Below, one piece after another: positions 37,148 to 51,507 of a stretch of 64,000 nt of DNA. The notes under the pieces were generated by a model. It ran no database searches, was not told where the DNA came from, and saw only the letters and a program-made list of their open reading frames with translations. How positions within the stretch are numbered: position 1 is the stretch's first letter; each line of letters starts with the position of its first letter. The translations under genes and the position numbers were made by a program. The DNA is from Raja brachyura (lineage: Eukaryota), in the NCBI GenBank assembly GCA_963514005.1, contig OY740813.1, positions 24,676,001 through 24,740,000 on the forward strand, read 5' to 3'.

Positions 37148-37280
37148 TGTAGGAAAGAACTGCAGATGCTGGTTTAAATCAAAGGTAGAGACAAATACTG
37201 GAGTAACTCAGCGGGATAGGCAGCATCTCTGGAGAGAAGGAATGAGTGACGTTTCGGGTCGAGACCCTTCTTCAGACTGG
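37148..37280 (-). mobile_element. Penelope-pLTR mini-element with intact hammerhead core (37248-37275)
   Basis: Reverse complement agt-CTGAAGA-A-GGGTCTCGACCC-GAAA-CGTC-act, giving a 3-bp stem I (AGU/ACU). Confidence 0.85.
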
Positions 37281-38699
37281 TTAGTACTGTGATCCATAAT
37301 GAAAATGAATATTGGAAGAGAAAGCAACATTTCAGATTGACGACCCTTAGTCAGAACTGGGAAAGAGAGAAAAGCATGTCAAGCTGCAGGAAGATGTGGG
37401 AGGGGGATATTTATCCTCCCACATCCTATGGTGGGCAACAGGAAGCTTAGGGTCACCCCTGCTGACAGACCCCAGGTGCTGCTTTCCAGATCTGACAAAG
37501 GCTCTTTGAACTGAGCCATTGACGCTTCTCACAGATGCAGTCTGACCTGCTGACTATTTAAAATATTCTGTTTTTATTTTAATTTATAACTTTGGCAGTT
37601 TTTTTGATTTTCATGGAAGTAAATGTTGTGTTTCTCTAAAATGTATTTCAATAGGTTGAAAACAGGTATTTAATCCTACGATTCACAGAGTAGTTGTGAG
37701 CCTTATAGTTTATGGCAGTTTCTGAATCCCTTGATTAAATTACAAATTTGTAACTTGCTGCTTGACATCCATTATTCTCCATAAATTTGAGCATGGTGAA
37801 GTAGCCTGTCACTGGCTGGCAAAGTTGCACTGAGAATAAACTAGTTTAACACTAGTTTTCATCATGCTCACGATGTAATCCTTTGCAAGATAGACACGTG
37901 CAATTGTTCAACTCTTATTGGAATAACATAAGAACTCTACAAATTGTTGATTCTTCTGCTGTAAACAAGAAACATGTCAAAAGAGTTTCTTTTTCGGGTC
38001 TCAATCAGCCAAATTCTGGTGATCCTGAATTGAGCTTTTTGCAACGTATCTCTGCAATTACAAAGATTTGTCTATTTTTTTACCTCCAGTAATGTTACTA
38101 GATTCCGAGTTGACCTCAGCTCATCTATTACTGAAACCCTTATACATGCCGTTGCTATCTTTTGGACATAAGGGTTAATTTGTCGCACCATTGCTTGCTG
38201 TGCTACATGGGATCCCAGTTCAGCAATGCATTGATTTTACAATGCTTTGAATTCCCCAAATGCATGATAATGTCCTCCAGCCCTACAATCCTTGGATATC
38301 TGTGACACTCTTATTCTAACCATGAGATTTGTAAGACTGCCATTGCTGCAGCCTTGCAGCCATGTAAGTAGGTGGTCTCCAATTTTGTTTGACAAAGCAC
38401 CTGCAAGTTATTGTGGGTTGCTTGCAATTTTAAAGCAGCTTTTCAAATCCAGATTTTTGTCATTTTGCTTGTGTTAGTATGTGTGAGCTGGGGAAAATAT
38501 AGTATGGCTCAGTAGGTTGTCCCTCGTGCATTGGAAAAGTCCAATGCAGTTTTGATGATTACCTTACACAATAGCTCTTCGATCTGCTAGGACGGTCAGT
38601 TTCCATTTGATAGTCATTTTAATTGTCCCACGCTAACTTTCACCTCTTAAACGTTTTTACTGAGGCCTAATGTAAGCTCAAAGAGCAGTTCTTCAGATT

Positions 38700-40700
38700 C
38701 AGAGTAATACAATAATAAATACGAGTGCAAAACAGCAGAAAGGTGCAATGCGAAGTAGTGCAAAAAATATTCAATGGTTCAATGGTACTTTATTGTATAC
38801 AAGTTGACACCTTTCCAGTGTCATCCTGTACTCATCAAGTTTAAAGTTGTTATAAACATGGCAGCACTGCCGGGAAGGGGATGTGAAAGAGGTAATTGGT
38901 TCAGGGAACTGATAATGGGGGAGGGGTCAAAGCTGTTCTTAAGTCTGGACTTCCTACTTTTCAAGCTGCAGAAGGTCGAAGAGAGAAAAGGAGCAGCCAG
39001 GATGGCAGGCATCCTTGACAATACTTACAGTCTTCCTGATGCAATGCACTGTGAAGATGGATTGATGGAAGTGAGCAAGTCTGAATACAGACTGGGCTGT
39101 ATTCTCCACTTTTTGCAGGTTTGGCTGGTCAAGAGCAAAGCAGTTGCCAAACCAGGCTGAGATGCATCCCATCAGACTACTTTCTATAACGCACCTGAAC
39201 ATATTGAATCTTCTTTGATACCCCAAAGAAAGTAATACACTAACATGCTTGATATGTCAATGCAAAGGGATCTGGTTAGTTTGCTGGTGATATGGATGCT
39301 TCGGATCTTGAAGCTGTTAACCATCTTAACAGCAGCTCTGTTGATGAGCGCAAGGTGGTGTTCGATCAAATATTTGCCCCGCGAATGTGACAGATCCTGA
39401 ATTCAACCTCTTCGCTTCCTTAGGGCAACATCCTTATGTCAAGATGATCCAGAGCTGACTGTAGTGCAAAAGGGATGGTGCTCTCCGTAGACCTATTTTT
39501 CTTGCATGCATATTGCAGGGAGCTAGATTGTCCAGAAGACCGCTCCAGATATGGATCTTTACCCGTCTTTCAAAGTACTTCCTTATGATTGATGTTAGAG
39601 CCACTGGGCGGTAGTCATTGAGACAGGCCACCTTATTTTACTTGGACACTAGAATGATGGATATTTCCTTGAAGCAGGCAATGAAGACTATGGAAGTGAG
39701 AGGTTGAAGATGTCAGCAAAGACTGTGGCCAATTGATTGGTGCACGGTTTCAGAACATATCATGAAAGCAGACTTCTGCCACTTTTATGTGTGAGACAGA
39801 GCCAATGAGGGATGTGGGAAACTTTATTAACTTGTTCCAAATGGTTGGAAAAAGCATTGAGCTCAAGCAGTGGATTTGTGTCATTGTCAGAGATGACTCC
39901 CGATTTTGACTGGTAGTGGTCGCTGATATTTCTGGCCCTGCCATATTTAACCAGCACCTGCTTGATTGGATTGTGGTTCCTTGGGCCCTCAGACCACTGC
40001 TGCATGATTATTTCCGTTGGTCCCTTGCTCTTAATCTCTGTAAGCCCAAAGGAGCAGCACCACAAGATGATATGACTGTGAATAGTGGATATATGGAACA
40101 AGCTGCCAGGTACTATAACAACTTTTAAAAGGCATTTGGATTGGTATATGGATGGAAAAGATTTAGAGGGACATGGGCCTAACACGGGCTGGTGCAACTA
40201 GTGCAGATGGGGCATCTTGGTCGGCATGGGCAAGTTGGGCCGAAAGGCTAGTTTTTGTGCCATATGGCTCAATGACTGGTTGAAATGAGGACAATCGGCA
40301 TACTGAAGTTGGCTTGATTGAAGTTACTGACGATGATCATCAATGCAAGGGAGTTGAGACACAGTATAATTCGTCCAGTGCCTCCCTGATGTTGGCTTGC
40401 AGTGGTATGGTGGTAAAATAGGTGAATTTCCTTGGTAGATAAAATAGACAACATTTAATGAACAAGTATTTCAGATCAGGATAGTAAAATTGAGCTAAGG
40501 CAATCACAGTTCACCTCGAAGCATTGACAGCAGATAAAGACACCAACACCACTTACCTTGCCTCAAGATTCCACACTGTCCTTACAATAAATGGAGAAAC
40601 CCTCAGGTTGTATGAGGGGGTCAGGCGAGTTGGAGTGAGCTATGTTTCGTTGAAGCAAAGAACACAGCAGAGACTGATTTCCTTTCCGCAGCCTTGCTCT
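38700..40700 (-). mobile_element. Fragmented old Rex1/Babar LINE
   Basis: CLNDYRPVALTSIIRKYFERRV (39434-39631) and RCVIESSLMGCISAWFGNC (38954-39226). Interrupted by a CR1 tail at ~40070-40265(+). Confidence 0.78.
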
Positions 40701-43700
40701 AAGCTCTTCAAGCTTGTTATTGAGTATTAACTAGAAGTATGAAAGGGAAGGGGTGCTCGGATCCCTATCGTTTCAGCTGCACCCGGAGCCTCTTCTCCAC
40801 TGCCCTTTGCTCGCCAAACTCCCATGCTTCTACAGTTTGTCAGTAAGCAAAGCTGTAGTTCTGAGAGTTATTTTGAAATAATGATGATTGACAGGAGACT
40901 CTCAGCGCTGGAACAAATGGATAATAAAAAGGTTTTAACTACTTTAAGGGGAGCTTCATGTAAACTTATTTTTCTACCTGAGTACATTGCAGTGCTTGGG
41001 GCTCAATATTTCAGATAACCAGCCTTTCCAGTTTGTGACTGATCTGAGCAGTTCTGTTGCAGGATCATCCATGTATAATATTACTTTGTAGGAAGCTATC
41101 AGCATTCTTTTTTGTTTCAGATTTACAGTAACTGCCAAGTTTTGCATCTTGTAGTTTCAACATGTTATTTTTGTGCGGATTAATCTCCAAACTAGATAAC
41201 ACTGTAAACAATTACTTTATCTTGGCAATTTTGCTTTGCGCCTTATCACCCTTTGTTTCCTTTACCCCTCCCTCTGTAGTGTACAGCTGTCTTATTTTCT
41301 CAGTTTTCCATTTCAAATTGTGTGTTATTACCCTCCTTAGGAGAGGCGCAAGTAGAAAACTGAAAGAAGAATTCTAGGATTAAAATATTTCTTAGTAAAA
41401 ATAGAATATAAGTTAAGTTATAATTTGAGACTTTGATTTCAATAATAATACCTGAATTAAGAATTGTGAATATTTTCTCCCCTACTGTTTTTACAAGTGA
41501 GAAACTTATTGGAAAAAAGTTGGATGGTATTTTGGGGGTTTGACAAAAATTTGTTTTCAATTTAAGCAACTGAAGAAAAAGCCACATTTTGAGTATTTTT
41601 ACAGCAAATGTGCCAGCAGGTCTCCCATGGTTTGATTTTGATAGTAATAAGCCTGAAAATGTGGTGTTTTATAATTGTTGGGGTGCTTTATCCATTGAGG
41701 TATGACATCAACTAATTCTGTGTGTGAGTCTATACAAATAATAATGTGCAGCCTTTATATTATGTTTCTTTCATTAAAAAAAAAGATTTTCTTTGGGAAT
41801 ACAGTCGAAGGAAAAGGATCTAAGACAGAATAGCTTACTCCTGATTTTGTTTCTTGTATTCCGTACAAATGCTAGTCAATCTTCCTTGGGGTAGAACATG
41901 GAGGTTTTGGGTGTAGGGTAGCTGTTGCAATAGGGTTGGAAGATTAGCAACTGAAACTGTGTGTGAGACTTAAAATGGTCCCCATTTTAGATATGTTACA
42001 TGTTTCTATTTTGAAAGCCTGTGGGAGCATTTAAAATGGAAATTGCTTATGTAAGCTTGTTCTGCCTATATTGCATTCACCTGCTCAGGGTGATGCAGTG
42101 CTTCAGCTTGGTTAAGTGTGTGGCTCACACAGGCTTATTTCAGATTATTTAAAACAAAGTTGAATCTTAGGAACTAGTTCCACAATAAATTTTAATTGTC
42201 ATATTTTTCATATATTTTGCAATTGTTTTTTTATCTCATACATTTTAAAATCTATTGGCCGTACAAGTTGCATCAGTTGGTGATAGATATTAACTATTTT
42301 GCAGTTTGGGTAAATTTAATTGAATCAGCTTTCTGGGTGCTTCTGGGCAATGGAAGGGAATCCTGAGGTCGGAGATTGGTTGAGGGTGCAAAGCTACAGC
42401 ACGTTTTGGCTAAAGTAGAAAGAGCTGAAAATGTGGTCAGCAATGCAATGTTGAAATGCTGTTATGGGTGCTTACATTCTCCAATGTGAAAGATTTTTTG
42501 ATTTATGACATTCAAGTTTTGACGGAGTGTGTTTTCTTCTAGATTGCTTGACTTCTTGTTGTCATGTATTTGACAACTTTTTTGCCAACTTTTCTATTGT
42601 GAATACAGATGTAAACACAATACTTCAGTGTTCAAACGTGTTTCCAAGATTCTTTAATTTTTTTGTGATCTCGTTCCCTTTTAGTTTTTCTTGGAAAAAT
42701 ATTTATTTGTCTAAATAATAATATTGCCACAATAAAATTAAATGCACAGTGATTTTGGTTAATTTATTTTTTAAATTTGCTATTTCGTTCCTAAGAGTGT
42801 AGTCCAGTTTGTAAACATGAAGTTCATTTAATCTCTAATGTTGCGTAACTATTGTTGGCAACAAACAGTGCTTTTCTTTGGCAAAAAATAAAGTGCCAAT
42901 GAGAGATGATGTTTTGGGTCAAAGCTCTTGAGATCTTCTATCAATCATCTGTCCGTTCCCTCCACAGATGCAGCCTGACCTACTGAGTATTTCCAGCACT
43001 GTTTTTCCACTCAAGATTCCAGCATCAATAGTCTCTTGTGTCTTTATAATGATTTATTTTAGTTTTTTATTTCTGTTCCAAAAGTCTCCGATTTTCCGAG
43101 AATGTAAATTTTTGTGTACTAATTTAAATGAGAAAGCAAAAAAGGCTTGCTTTTGGGATGTGGATGGCAGTGAGAGAAAGAACAATTGTCTAAGAGTTGT
43201 AGTGAGGAGATTGAGTGTCCATACTTAATGTTACTTTTCAAATAAAGTCACATTTTTAAAGAAACCTAATTATTTCACCAGTTAAAAATGGTTTATGCCT
43301 ATTCATTGTACCTGGGTGCCAGCAAGGGGTAAATCTACAGTGGATAATCAACTTGTGCCAATTCAGTGCTACCATGTTTATGCAATTTGCCGATTATAAT
43401 AACTGTGGAATCCAATCAGTGCCGATTGTGCTGTTGATTGATTGAGCATTTCAGTGGACACTAATTTTGAATGTTCACAGCAGCTAAAGATGGCTTTGCC
43501 AATCTCTTTTCATGGTTGGCTTGTGAGGAATAATTTGTTAATGGGTTTTAAGATACCTGTTGAGAACCAATCCTGAATTTTCAGCTTCTATTCAAATTGG
43601 GATCTATGTTTCTGAGTGGAATCAGTAGGTATGGTTTGTTGTTGTGGTGAATAAGATGCAATTTCTGCCATTAGTGCTTTCCACATGAATTTCATCAGCA

Positions 43701-44199
43701 TGTTCAAATGCTGAGATTGTTGCAGAAGGCTCTGACAATCTGACCAATGGCTTCTCAGGAATTGGTGTCGACATGTCACTTGGTGGTTATTGCCAGGACG
43801 TTCTTGAAAGGCTTTATTTAATGTATAGCGCTGGTGTCATGACAATGAATCTTGAGTTTAAGTTTTGTTTCAGCAGCCTGGAATTAGACATCCAAGTGAT
43901 ATGGTTGAGGTAAAAATGTTGCTGGCAGAAGTTCATACATGAGTTTTATGTTCAATTGGGAAAGAATGCTATTGTTGGTTCATTGAGCACTGGTGTAGTT
44001 TTCCACAGAATGTCATGTTTGTTCCTTATTAACTTGCGAGACCTCCTGTATTGTGTTCTTCTCTCATCTTTGTAACGTAAGGAAGGGGCCAACACTGCTG
44101 GATAAAACAAATTTGGTTTTCAATCTAACGATGCAGCTGTTTTAAGAACCCATTACTGTGGTGGCTAAACTGCTTTTTGGGGTGACGTTGAATTTCTGA

Positions 44200-44548
44200 G
44201 AGAATTTGATAAAATTCTGAGTTGCATTGGAATAGACTTGATTGTGTTAATTTGAAGGTAGAAATGTTAAATACTGGAGGGCATAGTTCTAAGGTCAGAG
44301 TGGCGAAATTTAGAAGAGATATTCAGGGCAAATTTCTTATACGGAGCGTGGTTGGTGCCTGCAATGTGCTGCCAGGGGTGGTGGTGGACGTAGATACAAG
44401 AATGGCATTTAGATGGACATATGAACATGCAGGGAATGGAGGAATATGGAGCACGTTTGGCAGAAGGGATTAGGTTAAGTCAGTGTCATGTTCGACGCAG
44501 ATACTCTGGGGCGAAGGGCCTGTTCCTACACTACTGTTCTATGTTCTT
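44200..44548 (+). mobile_element. CR1-type LINE 3' fragment
   Basis: TGGHSSKVRVAKFRRDIQGKF..VVGACNVLP plus GAAGGGCCTGTTCC tail. Confidence 0.8.
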
Positions 44549-45099
44549 CATCCAATGTCACTCATTTGATTAAAAATAGCTTTCTTGATATTTATAAACC
44601 TGTACTGCTGGAGCATGTTGCTGCCTGTAAGGGACTTGTTAATGTAAATCCATAGTCACCTGTGCGTTTAGTGATAATTATGTTTTTCTTTATGCCTCAG
44701 CAACTTTTGTCTAAGGTTGCATATCCAAATGTGCATAAATTATTTGTTGTATTTGAATATTGGGGTAATTTTGGTTTAAATTGCCTAACATCTGTTTACT
44801 GGGCTCCATTTCCAATTCAATAGCAAACAATTCTGAACAGAGTAATTGGGGTTGACACAGCCTTGCTTGAACCTTTATAAGTAAGCAACATGGTGCTCTA
44901 AGCTGAATCCCTTTAAGGGAATTACTTTGTGACTGCAGTTGGTGTTGGTAGACGTGCTACCAATTAACCTCTTCTGGGATATTGCAAGATTTCAGCTGCT
45001 GTGCTTTTGGTGTAGGAGAGGGAATGTAGGAAGCAAAGCTTTCTACTAAAGATCATCCACACACAAGTAGTGAGAGCAGATAACACTGTCGAGGTTCCA

Positions 45100-45740
45100 T
45101 AAAGGAGGCCCAAGACGAGTATGGTGACCGGCCTCAATGACTTCCATCCGGTGGCACTAATGTCTGTGCTGATGAAGTGTTTTGAAAGGTTGGTATGGCG
45201 CATATCAATTCCTACCTGAGCAAGAACCTGGGCCTACTATAATATGCTGACAGCCACAATAGATCAACGGGGATGCGATCTCGCTTACTCGCCATTCTGC
45301 CCTGGACCACTTGGATATTAAAAACACATATGTCAGTCAGGCTGTATATCGACTTTAGCTCGGAGTTCAACATCATCATCTCCTCCAAGATTATCAAGCT
45401 CGGGTATCTGGGTCTCTGTGCATCCCTATGCATCTAGATCTTCGACTTCCTCATCAACAAGACCACAATCAGCAACAACACTGCCTCCTTGATAAACATC
45501 AGCTCACCCTCTGCTCTGCTCACGTTTTACCCATGACTGTGCATCCAGATGCAGTTCCATCTCCATCATTAAATCCTTCGACGATGCTCCCATTGTAGGA
45601 TGAATTACTGGTAATGATGGGTCACAGTATAGGAGGGCGATCGATCGTCTGATTAAATGGTGCGAGAACAACTACTTCCTCTCAACATCAGCAAGACCAA
45701 GGAGCTGATTGTTAACTTTAGAAAAGGGAAGCTGAGGATG
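45100..45740 (+). mobile_element. Rex1/Babar LINE RT fragment
   Basis: [45 protein letters not shown]. Confidence 0.85.
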
Positions 45741-46384
45741 GAACAGACTCGGAAATGCCTGATTGGCATATTCATTGAAATACTTGAAGCATTGGGAAGC
45801 CTGCATTTCCCCTAAACAAATATGGAAAATACAAAATAACCCAAAATTTGAGTGCTACAATGAAGGCTGAGACTGTTGCCATGCAAGTTCAGCATTTTGT
45901 CAAAGTGATTAAGATGATAGTGTATAAAGGATCTGAAAGTTGAACCCGGCAGCCTAGAGCACTTGGACAGGTAAAGGAACATGTGGAAAATAAATAAAAT
46001 ACATTTCAGGTGGTGATAGAAATATTCATAAGACATTATCAGAGTTTCAGTCATAGTGACTTTTAGGGGGTTAGTTGATCCCCATGTCTCATTATGTGGT
46101 CATCAGCATTATGTCATCAGATATTTTAAACATTGTTATACGTAATCTCTTGTATCAGCCATTGTTTTTTTCACGTCCTATCTTTTCCATGTATCCCTTT
46201 AAGTTAAATCAAATCAACTCTAAGTTGACTCAAATCCTTCCATACCGTGACTCTACTGACTCCTGTTATCCTCCTTCTCCCCCTCTTTCTGTTATTGATT
46301 CCTATTCAAATAGTATTCAAATCCTACATTTTCCTTTTTTGTTTGTTTCCCTTCGGTCTTTCAACTGCCATAAGAGGAGACTTA

Positions 46385-46952
46385 AGGGCCTGTGCCGCCA
46401 ACATGCGACTCCATGCGGTGAGCGCGACCTAACGTGGTCACTTGAGCCGTCCGGCCTTGCGGGGCCGGTCCCACTTCGATCGCTGGAGCCGTGTGGAGTT
46501 GGTCCCGACATCGTGCGGGGCTCCGAAAAACTGACCGTGTTCAAAAATTCCGCGCGGCAACGGCTTGTCGGCCCGCAGCCACCGCGACGCATTACGCACT
46601 GCCCCGACGTCGTGCCTCCGTGACCCTCTCTATATGTGCCTCTGTGACCCTCTCTGTGTGTGCCTCCGTGACCCTCTCTGTGTACTTCTGTGACCCTCTC
46701 TATATGTGCCTCCGTGACCCTCTCTGTGTGTCCCTCTCTGTCCTTGCGAACTTACCGCGGGCATCGTTCCAACTTTGCGTCACTCACCCGACCTCCGCGC
46801 GGCCCCCGCTGCCGGTTTGGTCACGCTCGCTGCATGCAGGTGCAAGCTGGTGGGACAGGCTCTGTAAGGGGATCACCCGACCTCCGCGCGGCCCCCGCTT
46901 CCAGTTTGGTCGCTCTCACCGCATGGAGTTGTATACTGGTGGGACAGGCCCT
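46385..46952. mobile_element. PIF/Harbinger non-autonomous element
   Basis: TTA|AGGGCCTGT...ACAGGCCCT|TTA (3-bp TSD). Imperfect TIRs of ~45 bp, internal ~24-bp minisatellite 46612-46742, duplicated right end. Confidence 0.85.
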
Positions 46953-49357
46953 TTACTGACAGCCCAGGCATGAACAGATGAAATCTAGCAACAAAATAGA
47001 TAATGTTGCTATGTAATACACGTTAGAAAATGTTGGTTTAATTCCCTTATTTTAACTGCAAGTTAGATTTGGTGGTTAACATAGACACACAGTAAAATCA
47101 CGCGTTTCTCATGGTCATATTTAAATCTCAGATCAAAGATTAAATTGACGGCTTAAATCTGATATAAACTGCAGATGCTTTAAATCTAAAATAATCCAAA
47201 ATGCTGAAAACGTTCAGCTGTTCGTACAGCATCAGCGGAAAGAGAAATGGAATATATGTTTCAAGCCATAGGTTTAAATTTATCGGCAAACAATCTAGTA
47301 GAGATGGTAAGAAAAGCTTTTACCCCAAAATTCCCTGCACCAGGGGGAAAAAACGTAGTTGAAGCTGATGCAATGAAAAAAAAAATCAGTATTTCAGTTT
47401 AGTTCAGTATACTTTATAACGTAATTCAGATCTCCAAGTTTCTCCCATCTGTCCAGTTCAAATCCATCTCTGGATAAGTGACGAAAGTGCTTGGAGTGCT
47501 ACATCTGACATGATGCTCTTCAGAACTTGTACAGTGCTCAACAATGATGTGTGATGTTTAAGCAGAGTGAAAGGAAGTTGTCATTTTCATCTGTTTTATC
47601 ATAAAAATAGCAAGGAGAGAATTGAGGGGTCTAATATATTTCAACAATGAGTTTTATGCCTTGAGGCATACATTGTGCTACATTGGACCATACAGACATT
47701 GAAAAAAAATTGGAAAGACGATTTCCAGCATTCTGACATTGCAAGTAGTACGCAAATTTACTAATTCCCTAAACTCAGCCAATTTCCCCTGCCATTGGAA
47801 AATTTATACAGATAGAGTTTAAATGGTGACATTTTGGAAATGCCCTTGAATGTATTGTTCATATCTATTTGTTCCTTGGGAATCATGCTTTCATCATTTG
47901 TTGAGGTATATTGGTATATCTGCTACTTCCCCATTTCCAAAGTGTTCAGAGTGATTTATGACAAAGAGGGGTGAAGACAATAATTGATAGCTTATTAATT
48001 TTTCCTTCACAAATTTTTGTGATCATCAGTGCAGGAAATATCAAGTCCCAATGAATGGAACACTTTCAACCTGGATCTCTGAGTGCTCGTCTTGAATATC
48101 TCAGGGCAGGTTTCTTCTGATTCATCTTGATACGAGAAAAATATTTTCTCTGGTCATAGCATGAATTTGTAGTTGCATTTATGAATATTTGTAAACCATT
48201 TTCCTTAAATACTTTGAGAAAAGTCCACGTGTTTGAACAGATAGGGTTATAGTTGGAGCTACCAATACCACCGTGACGGTGAATGTGGTTCATTGTTTCT
48301 CATGCACAAAGACTTTCTCCACTGTTCTTTTCATCATCAACTTTAGTGAGTTTAATTATCTCATTGTTTCAATTGTTTTTCTCATGACTATTAGATATTT
48401 GCCTGGGTGGATATGGACTCGGCCCAGTCAAAGGTGACCAGCATTCAATGCACTGTATAGATTTGTTAAAAAGTACAGATGAATAGTTGCGTTTGGGTGG
48501 TGAGGAGTGAAGTGTAGGTTTGGTATCTCATGCCATGGGATTAATGCAAGGGTAAAACTAGAAATTGTAATGTGGACATTCCCTTCAGAATACTGAGAAC
48601 AGACAGGAAAACAAGTCTGGTGATAGAATCTTGCTGAAGATGGTTCAAATTATGGGAGGGATTTTTTTATTAATGTGGGCTTGTGTAGTGAATTGTGAGT
48701 ATATGTACCACTATGCTTGCTCTGGCTGTGAGATAATGGCATGAGAGCAGATGTGCAGGAAATCAAAGAGAACAGTTGAGAGCACAGTCAGCTGTCTAAA
48801 CAGTGGTTAACCATAATACAATTAGAGAAAAGGAAAACATCTCAAAGACACTGATTCTGTTTTGTGACGACGTCTTGTGATCAATACTAATACAATGGAA
48901 AAAACCCGGGGAATGGAATGGAGTCCTAATGTGAAGCGGGGATGGGATCCTTGTATGTAGCTGGCTGAGAAGATGCATAATTGAAGTAACTGCATGAGTC
49001 TCTGAGCTTGTCATTGATATTATTTGCTAAATCTATTTCTGCGATGGAGGTAGAGAAGACAACAAAAGATGAAGGGAAGAGTCTGATACATATGGACTAA
49101 GTGAAGGAGAAATTGTCAGAAAAGGTAATGCAATTTTTGAACCTTTGCATGCACGATACATCGCTAATTTGGTCATTATTGTTAAGGATATAGAGTTGAG
49201 TTGGAGGCCTACATGGGATAGAAACCGTGACTCTTTCACATAGCCCATGAAAAGATGGACATCGCGGGTTTTACATAAGTTGCCCTGCTGTACCTTTGAC
49301 TTGGAGACGGTGAGTGGGCTTGAGAGAGAAATAATTGGAATTCAAGAAGACGCTCAG

Positions 49358-49358
<1 letters not shown>

Positions 49359-49389
<31 letters not shown>
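49359..49389. repeat. poly-G (31 nt)
   Basis: Direct read. Confidence 0.95.
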
Positions 49390-49390
<1 letters not shown>

Positions 49391-50781
49391 GGATGAGTTT
49401 AATAATGTTTGGGAAGCTTGTTAGACTTCTGTTAAAGGGCCATTTGCAACTGAAAGCACACGTTTTCTCACTTGTAGTTTTGATGAAATACCATTGACTT
49501 TGTCTGCACTGATGCTAACTGACCTGATTAGATGAAGCTGCTTAAAAGTTTGTTTGGATGTATTCTGTTCTTGGCTTCCAGTCCTCTCAGCATTAAAATA
49601 GTGGATTGGATTCAATGTCTGCTGACGTATGTTGCAAATGGGGATGAAACATGTGTTGTTTTCCTCAATTCCTGGCTCATTCTGGTGAGATGACCTTGTG
49701 GTGAACTCGGTGAGGTCTTCTGCCTGGCCCATGCTGGTGTCAATGTCATCCCCTTTGATTCACAGGTGATTGAGATGGAAACCCACAGTGACGTTTCTTA
49801 GAGTGTTGTTTTCTTGGTGGGGCTGGCTGCATACATATCCGTCAACTGCAAAGTAGGACATGGATGAGAAATGTCACGAGAGTTTGCATTTTAATCATTT
49901 GGAGGAAGCAGGAATGTGAGAAAATTAATTTTTTTTAAAGGGCCAGAAAGGTTTTTATTGCTTCTCCAAAATATTTTTGTCTTGACAGCTGGTATTTTGG
50001 GCAATTATATGGGCATACTATGTTTAAAATAAATTCATTCTCCCTCCCCCCATGCTGAGACCCAGCATCTCTGGAGAGAGAAAGAGAGCTGACGCTTCAG
50101 TTCGATGTCCTTTGATTGTGTGCTGTTTGATCTGCTGAATATTTCTGACATATGGTTTTGCTTCAGCTTTTCAGTCTCATGGTAGCTTGCCTATATATCA
50201 TTGGTTAGGAAAGTTTCATTATAACTTTTAAGATGCTGTGATGAACTTTATTACTTTTGGGCCTGGTACAATGTGGATTTGGGTTTTAGTGGGATGACCA
50301 TCTTATTCAGGTGGCTTTAGTGCGTGGACTTTTACACATCTAATTGGTTTGCCTATTAGAAGATTAGAAAAGTGGTTTTGCATGGGCACATTGAATTACA
50401 AATGTTTGTGCACTTAGCAAACCACTTAGCAAGGGGTTTGATTGTTAGAGCACTCGAGTCATTTAATCAAAGGACAAGATTATTGGGGGGGTTGATGGGG
50501 GGAAAAAAAGACAAAACTGCTTTATATAAAAAAAAGTCTAATGTTGAAGAAAAATGAATGACATGCAGTCTTGAAATGTTTTCACATCTTGTTACTTTGG
50601 TAGAAATTGAGCATTCACAATGAATAATTTTCCTCCGAATTCTAAAGCTAGAGGAACAGATTAAGTTGTACTGGAACAATGGACAACAGGGACGGATTTT
50701 CAAGTAAAGCAAGTTGATTAAAGGCTATATCACGGCCTACTGTTGATCTCCTTGGTGAAACACGCTTGGACCTTTAAATAA

Positions 50782-50791
50782 TGAAGCAAGA

Positions 50792-50824
<33 letters not shown>
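50782..50824. repeat. (AT)n microsatellite
   Basis: Direct read. Confidence 0.9.
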
Positions 50825-50999
50825 GCGTGTAGAATGATTTTTTGGGAGTTTGTTCATGGAAGTAAAGAAACAGAATCTGACTGAGCAAATATACAATTGC
50901 ATTTTGAAGTACATTAAGAAACAAGTGGTGAGGCTGGAATTCAAGAATGGGGCTGAAAGTGTTACAGCCATAGCAGAACCATATAATTATATTTCAAGA

Positions 51000-51305
51000 T
51001 TATAGAATATCAAATGTAGATCATTGATCAGTACAACACAGAGACAGGCCATTTTACTTACAATGTACATGCTGAACATTATGCCAGGTTAAACTAATTT
51101 CCTCTACTGCACGTTTTCCATATTCCTCCATTCCCCCATTTATGCCTATTTAAAACACTATTAAATGCCATTATCATATCTCCCTCAATCAACTCTCTTG
51201 TCAATGTGTTCTAGACATCACCACTTTCTCTGTATAAAAATAAAACCCAACCTGCCCCACACATATACTTTAAAATGTGCCCCTCTCAGCTTAAAGCTCT
51301 GCCCT
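51000..51305 (-). mobile_element. CR1-type LINE 3' fragment (old)
   Basis: CAGTACAACACAGAGACAGGCC tail in reverse orientation and TTAAAGCTCTGCCCT (reverse of GHSFK-like coding). Confidence 0.65.
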
Positions 51306-51507
51306 TCCGTTATCAGGCTTCTGACCAGTCCTTCCTAGAATCTAGATAGAGCTAGATTCACCTCTATCTCAATGAGGACACTGGACTTAGTCCAAGGAAC
51401 TTATGTGCTACTATCCTCAGAACAGTATTCTACACTCTGTATCTTCCCCTCTGCTCTATCTATGGTAGTTGAGTTTGAACTGATTGTATTTATGCATGGT
51501 ATATCTT

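Noticed and set aside
46075-46973. 182-aa and 160-aa ORFs
   Set aside because: They run through a GC-rich Harbinger MITE and minisatellite; no transposase or Myb motifs.
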